64,000 bases of DNA from an uncultured Acidobacteriota bacterium (lineage in GTDB: Bacteria; Acidobacteriota; Vicinamibacteria; Fen-336), in the NCBI GenBank assembly GCA_963720545.1, contig OY970399.1, positions 1,984,001-2,048,000 of the forward strand, read 5' to 3'. The notes below the pieces were generated by a model. It saw only the letters and a list, made by a program, of their open reading frames with translations. It was not told the origin of the DNA and did not search any database. Numbering within the stretch: the first letter of the stretch is position 1; every line of letters starts with the position of its first letter. Position numbers and translations under genes: made by a program. Positions 49,410 to 60,016 of the stretch are shown piece by piece.

Positions 49410-50036
49410 TCAGCCGGTCGAACGCTCGTCGGCCGTGCGGCGCATCGCGGCGCGCAGCACCGCCGCAACCCAGCGGGCTTCGGGCACCGACGTGAGCACC
49501 GGCGCGAGCGACGGGTTGAACGGGGTGACGCGGTCGCCGCGCACCAGCGTCACCAGCCTGTCGGTCTGCACGATGCGCGAATCGCGCGAGCGCGGATAGC
49601 GCCGCGGCCACGGCCAGAGACCGCGCAGCACGAAGACCGCGTCGGCGGCGACGCGCACGCTCCGCGGTGAACGCAGCACCGCCGAAAGCAGGAAGCCGCC
49701 GATGAGCGTGAAGACGCCGGCCCACACCCGCGGCGCGCCCTGGATCCAGCCAAGGAGCGTTGCCTTCCATCCGGTGGCAGCCGCGCGCAGGGCTTCGGCG
49801 CCCGCCGGATCCCATTCGATGCCGAAAGCGAGCACCGGCACCGCCAGCGCCGCGAGCGCCGCAGCCAGCCAGACCACGAGCCGCGCGCTCAACGGATAGC
49901 GCACCGTGACGTGCTGGCCGCCGTCCTCGACGATGACCCTGCTGACCGGCGGGCGCGGCAGGTCGGCGAGCAGGACATCGTCGCCACCCCCCGGCTGCGA
50001 ATCCGTCAGCTTCCGGTCCGCCACAGCGTTCAGCAT
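49410..50036 (-). CDS. Hypothetical membrane protein
   Basis: Two hydrophobic segments; GAGG RBS; fills the gap in a minus-strand gene run. Confidence 0.55.
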   Translation of the reverse strand: MLNAVADRKLTDSQPGGGDDVLLADLPRPPVSRVIVEDGGQHVTVRYPLSARLVVWLAAALAALAVPVLAFGIEWDPAGAEALRAAATGWKATLLGWIQGAPRVWAGVFTLIGGFLLSAVLRSPRSVRVAADAVFVLRGLWPWPRRYPRSRDSRIVQTDRLVTLVRGDRVTPFNPSLAPVLTSVPEARWVAAVLRAAMRRTADERSTG

Positions 50037-50076
50037 ACCCTCGCCATGGGACACCGCCCGCCGGCGAACCGTTCCG

Positions 50077-51156
50077 TCACCCGGCGGCGCGGACGTCCTG
50101 GCCGTGCGCGCCGCACGTCGCGAGGAGGCGGGTTTCGCCGCCGGGCCAGGTCGTGACCCAGAGCCCGTGGTCGCGGATGTCGGTGTGCGGTTCGAGGCGC
50201 ACCCAGGCGAGCGGCTGCGCGTCGGTCGCGCGGGCGCCGGCGTCGCGAAGCGCCGCATGGAAGGCGTTGCGAGTGGCGACATCGAAGTATTCGTCCACGA
50301 TCGAGTGGAACACAACCGTGGCCGCGCCCTTCAGGGGCTCGGCGAGTTGCTGCGGCAGCCATTCGGCGACCGACGCCTGGTCGACCGGCGCGGGCACGGC
50401 GCGCGCCAGCGCCAAGGCGCCTTCGAGGCGGGCGAAGCGCGGCAGCTGGTCGGCCCACACGGAAGAGCGCAGCGCGAGACGCGCCTCGTCGCTCGCAGGG
50501 TCGAGTGGCCGTGGGTCGCAACCGCGGCGCGACACGATGCGCAGTTTGAGGTCGGTGCGGGGCGGCGCGTCGCGCCACATGCCGGTCAGGTCCACCGGAC
50601 TGTCGGCCGGCCCGAAAAATGCGCCGCCACCGCCGTAGCGGAATTGGTCGAGCCGCAGGTTGAGGCCGGCGCTCGAGCCCACTTCGAGGAGCGACATCGC
50701 CAGGGGGCCCGGGCGCGTCGCGACCTCGAGCAGCCCGCGGATGAGTGCTGCCGAGCGGCCCACCTCGTTGGTCTGGCACGGCAACGCCGCCGCGTCGGCG
50801 AGGAACGAAGCGTGCTCCTGAAGCGCCGGCAGCAGCGCGCCGCAGGCGGCGGCGATGTCGCCATCGCCGCCGACGCCCGGGTAGTGCGCAGCCAGCGCAG
50901 GCGCCTTGCCCGTCAGCACGACACGGTGCAGCGCGGCCATGAAGCGCAGCGCCAGCGCGTTGCCGCGGCCGGGCGCGAGGTGGCCGCGCAGGATGCTCCA
51001 GGCGATGCCTTCCTTCTCGGCGTCGTCGGCGGCGATCGCCAGCAGCGCGGCATAGAGCGGCGAGTTCATGAACGCGCAGATGCGTCCCTGCTCGCGCAAC
51101 TGCCAGGCGATGTGCGCGACGGGCCGGTCAACGCCCGGGCCGCCAGCGCCGCTCAC
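50077..51156 (-). CDS. DUF2332 family protein
   Basis: QTNEVGRSA, LLEVGSSAGLNL, LRSSVWADQ, VVFHSIV, W..LE, HG. Confidence 0.85.
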   Translation of the reverse strand: MSGAGGPGVDRPVAHIAWQLREQGRICAFMNSPLYAALLAIAADDAEKEGIAWSILRGHLAPGRGNALALRFMAALHRVVLTGKAPALAAHYPGVGGDGDIAAACGALLPALQEHASFLADAAALPCQTNEVGRSAALIRGLLEVATRPGPLAMSLLEVGSSAGLNLRLDQFRYGGGGAFFGPADSPVDLTGMWRDAPPRTDLKLRIVSRRGCDPRPLDPASDEARLALRSSVWADQLPRFARLEGALALARAVPAPVDQASVAEWLPQQLAEPLKGAATVVFHSIVDEYFDVATRNAFHAALRDAGARATDAQPLAWVRLEPHTDIRDHGLWVTTWPGGETRLLATCGAHGQDVRAAG

Positions 51157-51851
51157 GAGGGAGCGAGCGCCTTGCGCACCGTGTCCGGAAGGTATTCGGC
51201 GGCGCAGCGCGCGAGGAACTCGTCGTAGTCGGCGACCGCTTCGTCGGGAACGGCGCCGTGAGTTGCGAACTGTTCGCGGCTGAAGGTGGTGGTGATGCCG
51301 ATTGTGCGCATGCCTGCGGCCTGCGCGGCAAGAATACCGAGCGCTGCGTCTTCGAAGGCGAGGCAGTCGCCGGGCGGCACGCCCACGAGCCGCGCCGCCT
51401 CGATGAACACGTCCGGAAATGGCTTGCCGCGCGGCACTTCGTCGCTGCGTGCCGTGAACGGCTGGAGCTGCGGCAGGCCCAGCTCGCGCAGCGTGTGTTC
51501 GACGTTGAGGCGCGGCGCGGAAGTGGCGAGCCCGACGCCGATGCCGTGCTCGAACAGCACCTGCAGGAGCCGGTCGAGGCCGGGCAGCGCGCGCAGCCGG
51601 CCCGCCGAGAGCGTGCGGTACTCGGCTTCCTTCTCCTCGGCGAACTCGCGCTGCTCGGCGGCGCTCAGCTCGCGGCCCATGAGCGCCGGGAAGATGTCGC
51701 GGTTGCGCTTGCCGTCGTACTTCGACCGGTCATCGGAACCGAGCGCCGGCAAGCCGTGGCGCACCATGAAGCGTGAGAACGATTCGATGTGGATCGCCAT
51801 GTTGTCGACCAGCGTGCCGTCGAGGTCGAAGATGAAGGCGCGCGGCGTCAT
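51153..51851 (-). CDS. HAD family phosphatase (beta-PGM-like)
   Basis: FDLDGTLVD, GKPFPD, FEDA..G. Confidence 0.92.
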   Translation of the reverse strand: MTPRAFIFDLDGTLVDNMAIHIESFSRFMVRHGLPALGSDDRSKYDGKRNRDIFPALMGRELSAAEQREFAEEKEAEYRTLSAGRLRALPGLDRLLQVLFEHGIGVGLATSAPRLNVEHTLRELGLPQLQPFTARSDEVPRGKPFPDVFIEAARLVGVPPGDCLAFEDAALGILAAQAAGMRTIGITTTFSREQFATHGAVPDEAVADYDEFLARCAAEYLPDTVRKALAPS

Positions 51852-52648
51852 TTGGCTCCCTGCGCCGGGCCGGCGATGGCGACCACGGGATGGAGAGGCC
51901 AGTCGCGCGACTCGGTGCCATAGAAGACCCGCTCGAGGAACAGGCCCGAGGGTGGTGCCGTGAGCGCCGCCGGAAAGGCCGACGGGGTCGAGAGCAGCTG
52001 CTCAACGGCGGCCGGGCCGATGCGGCCGCGGCCCACCTCCGCCAGCACGCCAATCACGCGCCGCATCATCTTCCACAGGAAGTGCGAGCCCACCACTCTT
52101 ATGAGGATGAGTTCGCCCTCGGTGCGCAGCAGCGCGCGCTCGATCGCCACCTTGGTCGATTTCTCGTCGGGGTCGTCGGCGGTGAAGGCGCGAAAGTCGT
52201 GCAGGCCGAGGAGCTTCTTGAGCGCGTCGCTCATTGCTCTCTCGTCCAGGCGGTCCTTGATCCACCAGACGAACGGCTTGCCGAAGGCGGTGCGCCGCCG
52301 CGAGATCTGGTAGAGGTAGCCGCGCGCCTGCGCGTCGTGGCGCGCGTGAAAGCGGCTCGGCACGCCCTGCGCGTCCACCACGTGCACGTCGCTCGGCAGC
52401 TCGTCATTGATCGCCTTGCGCAATTCCTCGGGCGTGAGCCGGGTGTTGAGGTCGAGGTGCGCCACCTGCCCCAGCGCGTGCACGCCGGCATCGGTGCGCC
52501 CCGCGCCGTAGAGCTCGAAGTCGGTGCGCTCCGAGACGCGGCGCACGACGGCGGTGATCTCCCCCGCCACCGTGCGCGCGTTTTTCTGTATCTGCCACCC
52601 GCTGTAGCGGGTGCCGACGTACTCGACGGTCAGCCTGAAGCGCGCCAT
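51848..52648 (-). CDS. truA: tRNA pseudouridine(38-40) synthase
   Basis: YSGWQIQ, AGRTDAGVHA, FHAR, FLWKMMR, TAPPSGL. Confidence 0.93.
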   Translation of the reverse strand: MARFRLTVEYVGTRYSGWQIQKNARTVAGEITAVVRRVSERTDFELYGAGRTDAGVHALGQVAHLDLNTRLTPEELRKAINDELPSDVHVVDAQGVPSRFHARHDAQARGYLYQISRRRTAFGKPFVWWIKDRLDERAMSDALKKLLGLHDFRAFTADDPDEKSTKVAIERALLRTEGELILIRVVGSHFLWKMMRRVIGVLAEVGRGRIGPAAVEQLLSTPSAFPAALTAPPSGLFLERVFYGTESRDWPLHPVVAIAGPAQGAK

Positions 52649-52688
52649 TGCTGCAAGGTTACCAGCGCGGCACGGGCGGCCCCGCGGA

Positions 52689-54129
52689 CTAGAACTGGTT
52701 CCAGAGGTACTGGTTCGTCACCTCGTGATGGAACTGCACTTCGCTGGTCTTGATCTGCGCGCCCAGCGCCTTCGGGCAGCGATCGGCCTGCGCCTGCTTC
52801 AGCTCGGCGAACTTGTCGCGCACTTCCTCGCCGAGGATCTGCGCCACGAAGCGGCTCGACTTGAAGGCGCGCAGCGCGTCGTAGATGTTGTCGGGCAGGA
52901 AGCGCGTGCGGCTGCGCTTGTCGTCGTTCTGCTCGAGCTTCGGGCCCTCGAGCCCGGTCTTGAGGAACGTGTAGAACGCGAGATACGGGTTGGCGTCGGG
53001 GGCGATCGAACGCACCTCGATGCGCGCCGTCTTTTCGTTGCCGATGGGGATGCGCACCATGGCGCCGCGGTCGATTGCGGAAGCCTTGATCTGGTTGGGC
53101 GCCTCGAAGTGCGGGTCGAGGCGGCGGTACGAGTTGACGCTCGAGTTGAGGATCAGGCAGATGTCGTTGGCGCTCGTCAGCATCCGGTCGATGAACTGCC
53201 AGCCGGCCTTGCTGAGCCCGTCCTGGCCCTTCTTGTCGTGGAAAATGTTCTTGCCGCCTTTGCTCAGCGACAGGTTGGTGTGCATGCCGCTGCCGTTGAC
53301 GCCGGTCACCGGCTTGGGCAGGAAGCTCGCGGTCATGTCCATGTTGCGCGCCACCTGGCGGCACATCAGCTTGTAGAGCGCGACGTTGTCGGCCGCGATC
53401 ACCGCCTCGGTGTACGAGTAGTTCATCTCGAACTGGCTCGGCGCCACTTCGGGATGGTCCTTCTCGTTCTGGAAGCCCATGGCGCGCTGCACTTCGGCCG
53501 CGGTGTCGATGAAGCGGCGCAGCGCGTCGTTGGGCAGCGAGTGGTAGTAGCCGCCGGTCGAAAGGAACTCGAAGTTGTGGGTCTCGTGATAGTGGCGCTC
53601 GGCGTCCTTGCCGCTGAACACGAAGCCCTCGATCTCGTTCGCGAGGTGGGCGGTGATGCCCTCCTTGCGGTAGAGCGCCTCGCAGTAGTGCTTCAGCACC
53701 GTGCGCATGTCGGCCGGGTAGGGCGCGCCGTCGCGGCCGCGCACCTCGGCGAACACCAGCACCTTGCCCGGGCCGAAGACGTCGGCGGGCAGCCAGTAGA
53801 AGGCGGGCCAGTCGACCGCGAGGCGCAGGTCGGACTCGTGCTGCGCCGAGAAGCCGCGGATCGAAGAACCGTCGAAGGTCAGGTTGTCGGCCGAGCTCCA
53901 GCAGGAACTTCTTGTCGTAGTCGAGCATGTGCAGCCGGCCCTCGAGGTCGGAGAAGCACACGGTGACCGCCTTGATGCGCTTCTCGCTCGCCAGGTACTT
54001 GAGCCGCTGGTCGGCGATCTTCTTCGGGTCGGCGCGCTTGATGCGCGACTGCTTGGCTTCGAGGTTCATGGCCTCGAGCTCGTCGTAGGGAATCTCGAGG
54101 AAATCGCGCAGTCCGCTCGTTGCCACCAT
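52689..54129 (-). CDS. glnA: Glutamine synthetase (type I-like); +1 indel near 53898
   Basis: FSDLEG, FDGSSIRGF, HPEVAPSQFE, PKP..GVNGSGMHTN, NSYRRL, RIEVRS; two frames join at KFLL/SADNL. Confidence 0.9.
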
Positions 54130-54153
54130 CAACCTCCCGGGGAAGAATGGAGG

Positions 54154-54194
54154 ATCTTAGGAGAAGCATTAATCTGCGTCAACTAAGACTTAGT
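54154..54194 (-). promoter_or_regulatory. sigma70-like glnA promoter with an adjacent palindrome
   Basis: TTGACG-17 nt-TAAGAT on the minus strand; ACTAAG-A-CTTAGT at 54182-54194. Confidence 0.5.
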
Positions 54195-54209
54195 GCAGCG
54201 TGATTAAGC

Positions 54210-55292
54210 TTACTTTCCTTTGTCGCGAATCTTGTAAAGCGAGCGTGCCGCCTTGTGAATCACCTTGTCGGCACGCTTCCTCTCGAGTGTCCGCAGCCGC
54301 GATTCCTGCAGCGAAACCGCGGCCTCGGCCTCGCCCTGCAACTTGCGCCAGCTCTCGAGGCGCTCGGCAAGGAGGCGGCCCGAGGCAATCGCGGCGCGCA
54401 CCGCGCAGCCGGGCTCCCGGTCGTGGGCGCAGTCGCGAAAGCGGCAGTCCGCGGCGAGTGTCGTGACGTCGTCGAACGCCTGGTCGAGCGTCTCCTCGCT
54501 CTCCCACAGCTGGATTTCGCGCATCCCGGGGTTGTCGATGATGAGGACGCCGTCGGCAAGGCGGATCAGCTCGCGGTGGGTGGTGGTGTGCCGGCCGCGC
54601 TGATCGCCCGAGCGCACTTCCTGGGTGGCGAAGCGGTGCTCGCCGACCAGCCGGTTGATGAGCGTCGACTTGCCGACCCCGGACGAGCCGATGACACAGA
54701 TGGTTTCGCCGGGACGCAGGTACGGATCGACCTGCTCGAAGCCGCCGCCCCAGCGCGAACTGACCGCGATCACCGGCACTTCCCCGGCGATCGAGGTGAT
54801 CTCCCAGATGCGCGCCGGCGGGTCGTCGCACAGGTCGAGCTTGTTGAGGATCACCACCGGCCGCGCGCCGCTGCGGTGCGCAAGCGCCAGGTAGCGCTCG
54901 AGCCGCCGCGGGTTGAAGTCGGCGTCGAGGCCCATCATCAGGAAGGCGGTGTCCACGTTCGCGGCCACCACCTGCTCGCTCGTCACCTCGCCGGCGGCCT
55001 TGCGGACGAACTGGCTCTTGCGCGGCACGATCGCGTGGATGGTGCCGCGCGATTCGCTGAAGCGCGGCCGCAGCGCCACCCAGTCGCCGATCGCCGGAAA
55101 GGCGCCGGCGCTCTGCGCGCGGTGGCGGAGGCGGCCGGCGATGTCGCAGAGAAGCTCGGCGTCCTGGGTCTGGCAGCGGAACAGGTGCTGGAACTGGGCG
55201 ACCGCGCGGCCGGGGATGAAGCCGTCTTCGCGAGGCATGGCGTCCCAGGCGCGCTGCCATTCGTCCGTGAAGCCCCAGTCAGCAAGCGCCAT
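54210..55292 (-). CDS. rsgA: Ribosome small subunit-dependent GTPase A
   Basis: NKLD, GSSGVGKSTL, GRHTTT, DNPG, CRFRDCAHDREPGC. Confidence 0.95.
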   Translation of the reverse strand: MALADWGFTDEWQRAWDAMPREDGFIPGRAVAQFQHLFRCQTQDAELLCDIAGRLRHRAQSAGAFPAIGDWVALRPRFSESRGTIHAIVPRKSQFVRKAAGEVTSEQVVAANVDTAFLMMGLDADFNPRRLERYLALAHRSGARPVVILNKLDLCDDPPARIWEITSIAGEVPVIAVSSRWGGGFEQVDPYLRPGETICVIGSSGVGKSTLINRLVGEHRFATQEVRSGDQRGRHTTTHRELIRLADGVLIIDNPGMREIQLWESEETLDQAFDDVTTLAADCRFRDCAHDREPGCAVRAAIASGRLLAERLESWRKLQGEAEAAVSLQESRLRTLERKRADKVIHKAARSLYKIRDKGK

Positions 55293-55356
55293 CGCTATTG
55301 CACATTATTGAGTATGGGGGGACCAGTCAAAGGAAGCCCTGTCATAAACTCGCGGC

Positions 55357-56682
55357 ATGCCCACCGAGACGCAACCCGCAGACATCAAGACCCTGGCCCG
55401 CGACACCGGTTCCCTGCCGGCCGCGCGCGTGGCGAGCCTCGCCTTTGGCATGAAGGGCTCGGAGATATTGCGCATCGCCGGCGAGGTGCGCGCCATGGTC
55501 GCCGCCGGCAACGCGGTCTGCGACCTCACCGTGGGTGACTTCTCGCCGCAGCAGTTCCGCGTGCCCCGCAAGCTCGCCGACGGCACCAGGAAGGCGCTGA
55601 CCCGAGGCGAAACCAACTATCCGCCGTCGAACGGGGTAGCGGCGCTGCGCGAAGCGGCGCAGCGCTTCTACGCACGCGAACTCGGTCTGGAGTACCCGCT
55701 CGAATCGGTGCTGGTCGCAAGCGGCGCGCGGCCGCTCATCTACGCCCTGTTTCGCACCGTCTGCGACGCCGGCGACCGCGTCGTCTATCCGGTGCCGAGC
55801 TGGAACAACAACCACTACGCGTACCTGGTGGAGGCTCAGGGCGTACCGGTGGTGTGCGGCCCGGACGCGCAGTTCATGCCGACCGCGGCGCAACTGGCGC
55901 CGCACCTGCGCGGCGCGCGCCTCCTCTGCCTCAACTCGCCCCTCAACCCGTGCGGCACGGTCATAGCACCCGATGCGCTGCGCGCCATCTGCGACCTGGT
56001 GCTGGACGAGAACGCGCGCCGCGACGCGCGCGGCGAACGGCCGCTCTACCTGATGTACGACCACATCTATTGGATGCTCTGCTTCGGCGCGGCGCAACAC
56101 GTGACGCCGCCCGGCCTGGTACCGGAGATGGCGCGCTTCACCGTGATGATCGACGGCATTTCGAAGGCGTTCGCCGCCACCGGGTTGCGCGTCGGCTTCG
56201 GCTTCGGGCCGACCGACGTGATCGCGCGCATGTCTTCCTTCCTCGGCCACGTCGGCGCCTGGGCGCCGCGTCCCGAGCAGTTCGCGACCGCGGCGCTGCT
56301 CGACGATCCGGAAGCGATCGCCGCCTATCACGCCCGGTTCAAGGCAGCGGTCGAGAAGCGCCTGGTCCTGCTGCACGAGGGTTTCCAGGCGATGCGCGCG
56401 CGCGGCCTCGCGATCGAAAGCGTCGCGCCAATGGGCGCCATCTACCTGTCGGCGCGGATCTTTCCTTTCGGCAAGACGACGCCCGACGGCGTGCGCCTCG
56501 ATGGCAACGAAGCCATCCGCAAGTACCTGCTCGCAGCCGCCGGCATGGCGGTGGTGCCGTTCGGCGCGTTCGGCGCAACCGTCGACGACGGCTGGTTCCG
56601 CCTCAGCGTCGGCGCCGTCAGCGTGGCCGACATCAAGGCCGCGCTGCCGCGGCTCGACGCGGCGCTCCTGGCGCTGCGCTAG
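55357..56682 (+). CDS. PLP-dependent class I/II aminotransferase
   Basis: NSPLNPCG, YDHIY, GISKAFAATGLRVG, FRLS. Confidence 0.92.
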   Translation: MPTETQPADIKTLARDTGSLPAARVASLAFGMKGSEILRIAGEVRAMVAAGNAVCDLTVGDFSPQQFRVPRKLADGTRKALTRGETNYPPSNGVAALREAAQRFYARELGLEYPLESVLVASGARPLIYALFRTVCDAGDRVVYPVPSWNNNHYAYLVEAQGVPVVCGPDAQFMPTAAQLAPHLRGARLLCLNSPLNPCGTVIAPDALRAICDLVLDENARRDARGERPLYLMYDHIYWMLCFGAAQHVTPPGLVPEMARFTVMIDGISKAFAATGLRVGFGFGPTDVIARMSSFLGHVGAWAPRPEQFATAALLDDPEAIAAYHARFKAAVEKRLVLLHEGFQAMRARGLAIESVAPMGAIYLSARIFPFGKTTPDGVRLDGNEAIRKYLLAAAGMAVVPFGAFGATVDDGWFRLSVGAVSVADIKAALPRLDAALLALR

Positions 56683-56684
56683 TC

Positions 56685-58211
56685 CTGCTCCTCAACGAGC
56701 TGGTCGCAGCGTCCCTCGCGGTGGCCGCGGTGCGCGGGCGCCTCGAAAAGGTCGAGCGCCTGGCCGCGGCGCTGTCGCGATGCGCTCCCGAGGAAGTCGA
56801 AATCGCCGTCGACTATCTCACCGGCGGCCTGCCGCAGGGGCGCATCGGCGTCGCCTGGGCGACGATCGAGCAGGCCCGGCACGAGACGTCGGCAGCTGCC
56901 GCAACCCTCACCCTCGCTGCCGTGGACGCAGCATTCAGCCGGATCGCGGCGGCGCGCGGCGGCGGTTCGGGCGCCGCACGCAGCGCGCTGCTCGCCGAGC
57001 TCTTTCGCCAGGCAACCGCCGAAGAGCAGGATTTCCTGACGCGTCTGCTGTTGGGCGAACTACGGCAGGGCGCCCTCGAGGGCGTGGTGGCGGACGCGGT
57101 GGCGCGGGCGGCGAAGGTCGGCTCGGCCACCATCCGCCGCGCGTGGATGATGGCCGGTTCGCTGCCGGCGGTGGCGCGGGCGGCGCTGGTCGAAGGCGAG
57201 GCCGGACTCGCGCGCTTCAACGTGCAGCTGATGCGCCCGGTGCAGCCGATGCTCGCCGATTCGGCCGACAACATCGACGCGGCGCTCGACCTCGCTGGCG
57301 AAGAGGTGGCGCTCGAATGGAAGCTCGATGGCGCGCGCATCCAGGCGCACAAGGCCGGCGACGAGGTGCGGGTGTTCTCGCGCGCGCTGCGCGAGGTGAC
57401 GCGCGCCGTGCCCGAGGTGGTGGCGGTGGTTCAGGCGCTGCCGGCCGCGACCGGCATCTTCGACGGCGAGGCGATCGCGCTGCGCGCGGATGGGTCGCCG
57501 CTCCCGTTCCAGGTGACGATGTCGCGCTTCGGCCGCAAGCGCGGTGTCGACGAGCGCCTCGACGCGCTGCCGCTCAGCACGGTGCTGTTCGACTGCCTCT
57601 ACCTCGACGACGTGCCGCTGCTCGACGAGCCGCAGCACAAGCGCTTCGATGCGCTTTGCGACCAGGCCGAGGGCCTCGTGGTGCGTCACCTGCGCCGGCC
57701 GAGCCGCGAACAAGCCGCGGAATTCGTCGCCGCCGCGCACCGCGCCGGCCACGAGGGCGTGATGGTGAAGAGCCTCGCGGCGCCCTATGCGGCCGGCCGG
57801 CGCGGCCGCTCGTGGATCAAGGTCAAGGCGGCGCGCACGCTCGACCTCGTCATCCTCGCCGCCGAATGGGGCAGCGGCCGGCGCAAGGGCTGGCTGAGCA
57901 ACCTGCACCTCGGCGCGCGCGATCCGGCAAGCGGCCAGTTCGTGATGCTCGGCAAGACCTTCAAGGGGCTGACGGACGAGATGCTCGCCTGGCAGACCAA
58001 GCACCTGCTGACGCTCGAGACCGCTCGCGAGGCGCACGTGGTGCACGTGCGGCCGGAACTGGTGGTGGAGATCGCGTTCAACGAAATCCAGACGAGCCTG
58101 CGCTATCCGGGCGGCATGGCGCTGCGCTTCGCGCGCGTCAAGGGCTACCGTCCCGACAAGAGCGCGGCGGATGCCGACACCATCGACACGGTGCGCGCGC
58201 TGCACGGTTAG
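56685..58211 (+). CDS. ATP-dependent DNA ligase (actinobacterial LigB-like); start uncertain
   Basis: PMLA, EWKLDGARIQ, FDGE, EGVMVK, WIKVK, GKTFKG, LRFAR. Confidence 0.9.
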   Translation: MLLNELVAASLAVAAVRGRLEKVERLAAALSRCAPEEVEIAVDYLTGGLPQGRIGVAWATIEQARHETSAAAATLTLAAVDAAFSRIAAARGGGSGAARSALLAELFRQATAEEQDFLTRLLLGELRQGALEGVVADAVARAAKVGSATIRRAWMMAGSLPAVARAALVEGEAGLARFNVQLMRPVQPMLADSADNIDAALDLAGEEVALEWKLDGARIQAHKAGDEVRVFSRALREVTRAVPEVVAVVQALPAATGIFDGEAIALRADGSPLPFQVTMSRFGRKRGVDERLDALPLSTVLFDCLYLDDVPLLDEPQHKRFDALCDQAEGLVVRHLRRPSREQAAEFVAAAHRAGHEGVMVKSLAAPYAAGRRGRSWIKVKAARTLDLVILAAEWGSGRRKGWLSNLHLGARDPASGQFVMLGKTFKGLTDEMLAWQTKHLLTLETAREAHVVHVRPELVVEIAFNEIQTSLRYPGGMALRFARVKGYRPDKSAADADTIDTVRALHG

Positions 58212-58220
58212 AGTGGGGGA

Positions 58221-59279
58221 ATGCCCACAACCAAGGTCTTTGCAGCAGCCAGCGCAACAGCACCCCTGACCGCCGCCACCATCGAACGGCGCGCACCCAC
58301 GGCGCACGACGTGCAGATCGAGATCCAGTTCTGCGGCGTCTGCCACTCCGACCTCCACCAGGCCCGCAACGAGTGGAACGACTTCATGCCGACGCAGTAC
58401 CCGTGCGTTCCCGGGCACGAGATCGTCGGCCGCGTGACCGCCGTCGGCGACGCGGTGACACGCTTCAACCCGGGCGACACCGCTGCCGTCGGCTGCCTGG
58501 TCGATTCCTGCGGCAAGTGCCCCGAATGCCTCGCGGCCGACGAGCTCTATTGCCGCAACGGCGCCACCTTCACCTACAACGGCACCGACAAGCACAGCGG
58601 CGGTTACACCTTCGGCGGCTACTCGGCAAGCATCGTGGTGAACGAACGCTTCGCGCTGATGGTGCCGAAGAACCTCGACCCCGCGGCGGCGGCGCCGCTC
58701 TTGTGCGCCGGCATCACCACCTACTCGCCGCTGCGGCACTGGAACGTGGGTCCGGGCCAGAAGGTCGGCATCGTCGGCCTCGGCGGCCTCGGCCACGTGG
58801 CCGTGAAGCTGGCGAAGGCGATGGGCGCCGAAGTCGTGCTGTTCACCACCTCGGCTGGCAAGATCGAGGACGGCAAGCGGCTCGGCGCGTCGTCGGTGGT
58901 CGTTTCGAAGAACGCCGACGAGATGGCGCCGCACGCCAACACCTTCGACTTCATCCTCGACACGGTGTCGGCCAACCACGACATCAACGCCTACCTGCAG
59001 CTGGTGAAGCGGGACGGCACGATGGTGCTGGTGGGCGCGCCGCCGACGCCGATCGCACTCATCGGCTTCAACCTGTTGTTCGGCCGCAAGCGCCTCGCAG
59101 GCTCGTTGATCGGCGGCCTCGCCGAAACCCAGGAGATGCTCGACTTCTGCGGCAAGCACAACATCACTGCCGACATCGAGAAGATCCCGATGCAGAAGAT
59201 CAACGACGCTTACGAGCGGCTGCTTCGCAGCAACGTGAAGTACCGCTTCGTGATCGACATGGCGACGCTTTCGGCCTAA
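58221..59279 (+). CDS. Zn-dependent NAD(P) alcohol dehydrogenase (cinnamyl-ADH/YahK-like)
   Basis: CGVCHSD, GHE, C..C..C structural Zn site, GLGGLG, YRFVID. Confidence 0.95.
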   Translation: MPTTKVFAAASATAPLTAATIERRAPTAHDVQIEIQFCGVCHSDLHQARNEWNDFMPTQYPCVPGHEIVGRVTAVGDAVTRFNPGDTAAVGCLVDSCGKCPECLAADELYCRNGATFTYNGTDKHSGGYTFGGYSASIVVNERFALMVPKNLDPAAAAPLLCAGITTYSPLRHWNVGPGQKVGIVGLGGLGHVAVKLAKAMGAEVVLFTTSAGKIEDGKRLGASSVVVSKNADEMAPHANTFDFILDTVSANHDINAYLQLVKRDGTMVLVGAPPTPIALIGFNLLFGRKRLAGSLIGGLAETQEMLDFCGKHNITADIEKIPMQKINDAYERLLRSNVKYRFVIDMATLSA

Positions 59280-59980
59280 GCGGCACTGCGCTCCGCACGC
59301 CGGCGAATGGCGCGCAGCCATTCGCCGCGGATCAGGGCGCTGCCGGGAAAGATCGCCCGCCAGTAGTAGTCGAACGAGCGCCGCGCGGCGGCGTCGGGCG
59401 CCAGCACGCGCGTCTCGGTGACCAGCCGGCAGCGCTCGCCGGCCCCGTCTTCGATTCGGAAATTCATCAGCGCCTGGGTGGAACGGCCGATGAGCGTACC
59501 GAGGACCACTTCGCGGCCGGGTGCATCGGCAAGCACCTCGAAGATGCCGGCGGCGGCGGTCGAGAGAATGGACTCGCGGGCAGGCGCGTTCAGGATGCCC
59601 GCGGGACGGGCGCGCAGGTGCGGCGCTCGAATCCACGTGAGGATGCGAAACAGCGGCATCTCGCCGGCCGTGACCTCGCGCACGGCCCGGTCAACCGCCG
59701 CCGGGGAGGCGGCGATCGCAATCGTGTGCCGTTCGGCGAAGTGCCACTCGGGCAGGATGCGGCCGAGCTCGCTGTCGTCGCCTGCGCGCCTGCGCACGAG
59801 CGGCGGCGGCGTCATGCGCGGGACGAGCAGCACCGCTGCGGCGCCGCAGGCTGCGGCGGCTGCGGCCGCGAGCCGCGTCACACCGAGGCGCTTCGTCGGC
59901 AGTGCCAAATTGAGGATTCCGGCCAGGAGCAACAGGGCGCCGGCGTACGCTGTGATCGAGAACAACCTGTTCCGCGCCAT
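59276..59980 (-). CDS. Hypothetical membrane protein (F.E.H / TETRV / F..YW family)
   Basis: Two N-terminal TM helices; WHFAERH, LVTETRV, FDYYWRAIFPGSALIR. Confidence 0.7.
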   Translation of the reverse strand: MARNRLFSITAYAGALLLLAGILNLALPTKRLGVTRLAAAAAAACGAAAVLLVPRMTPPPLVRRRAGDDSELGRILPEWHFAERHTIAIAASPAAVDRAVREVTAGEMPLFRILTWIRAPHLRARPAGILNAPARESILSTAAAGIFEVLADAPGREVVLGTLIGRSTQALMNFRIEDGAGERCRLVTETRVLAPDAAARRSFDYYWRAIFPGSALIRGEWLRAIRRRAERSAA

Positions 59981-60016
59981 CCCCAAAGAGCCTAGATCAG
60001 CCGATACACTGGGGAC

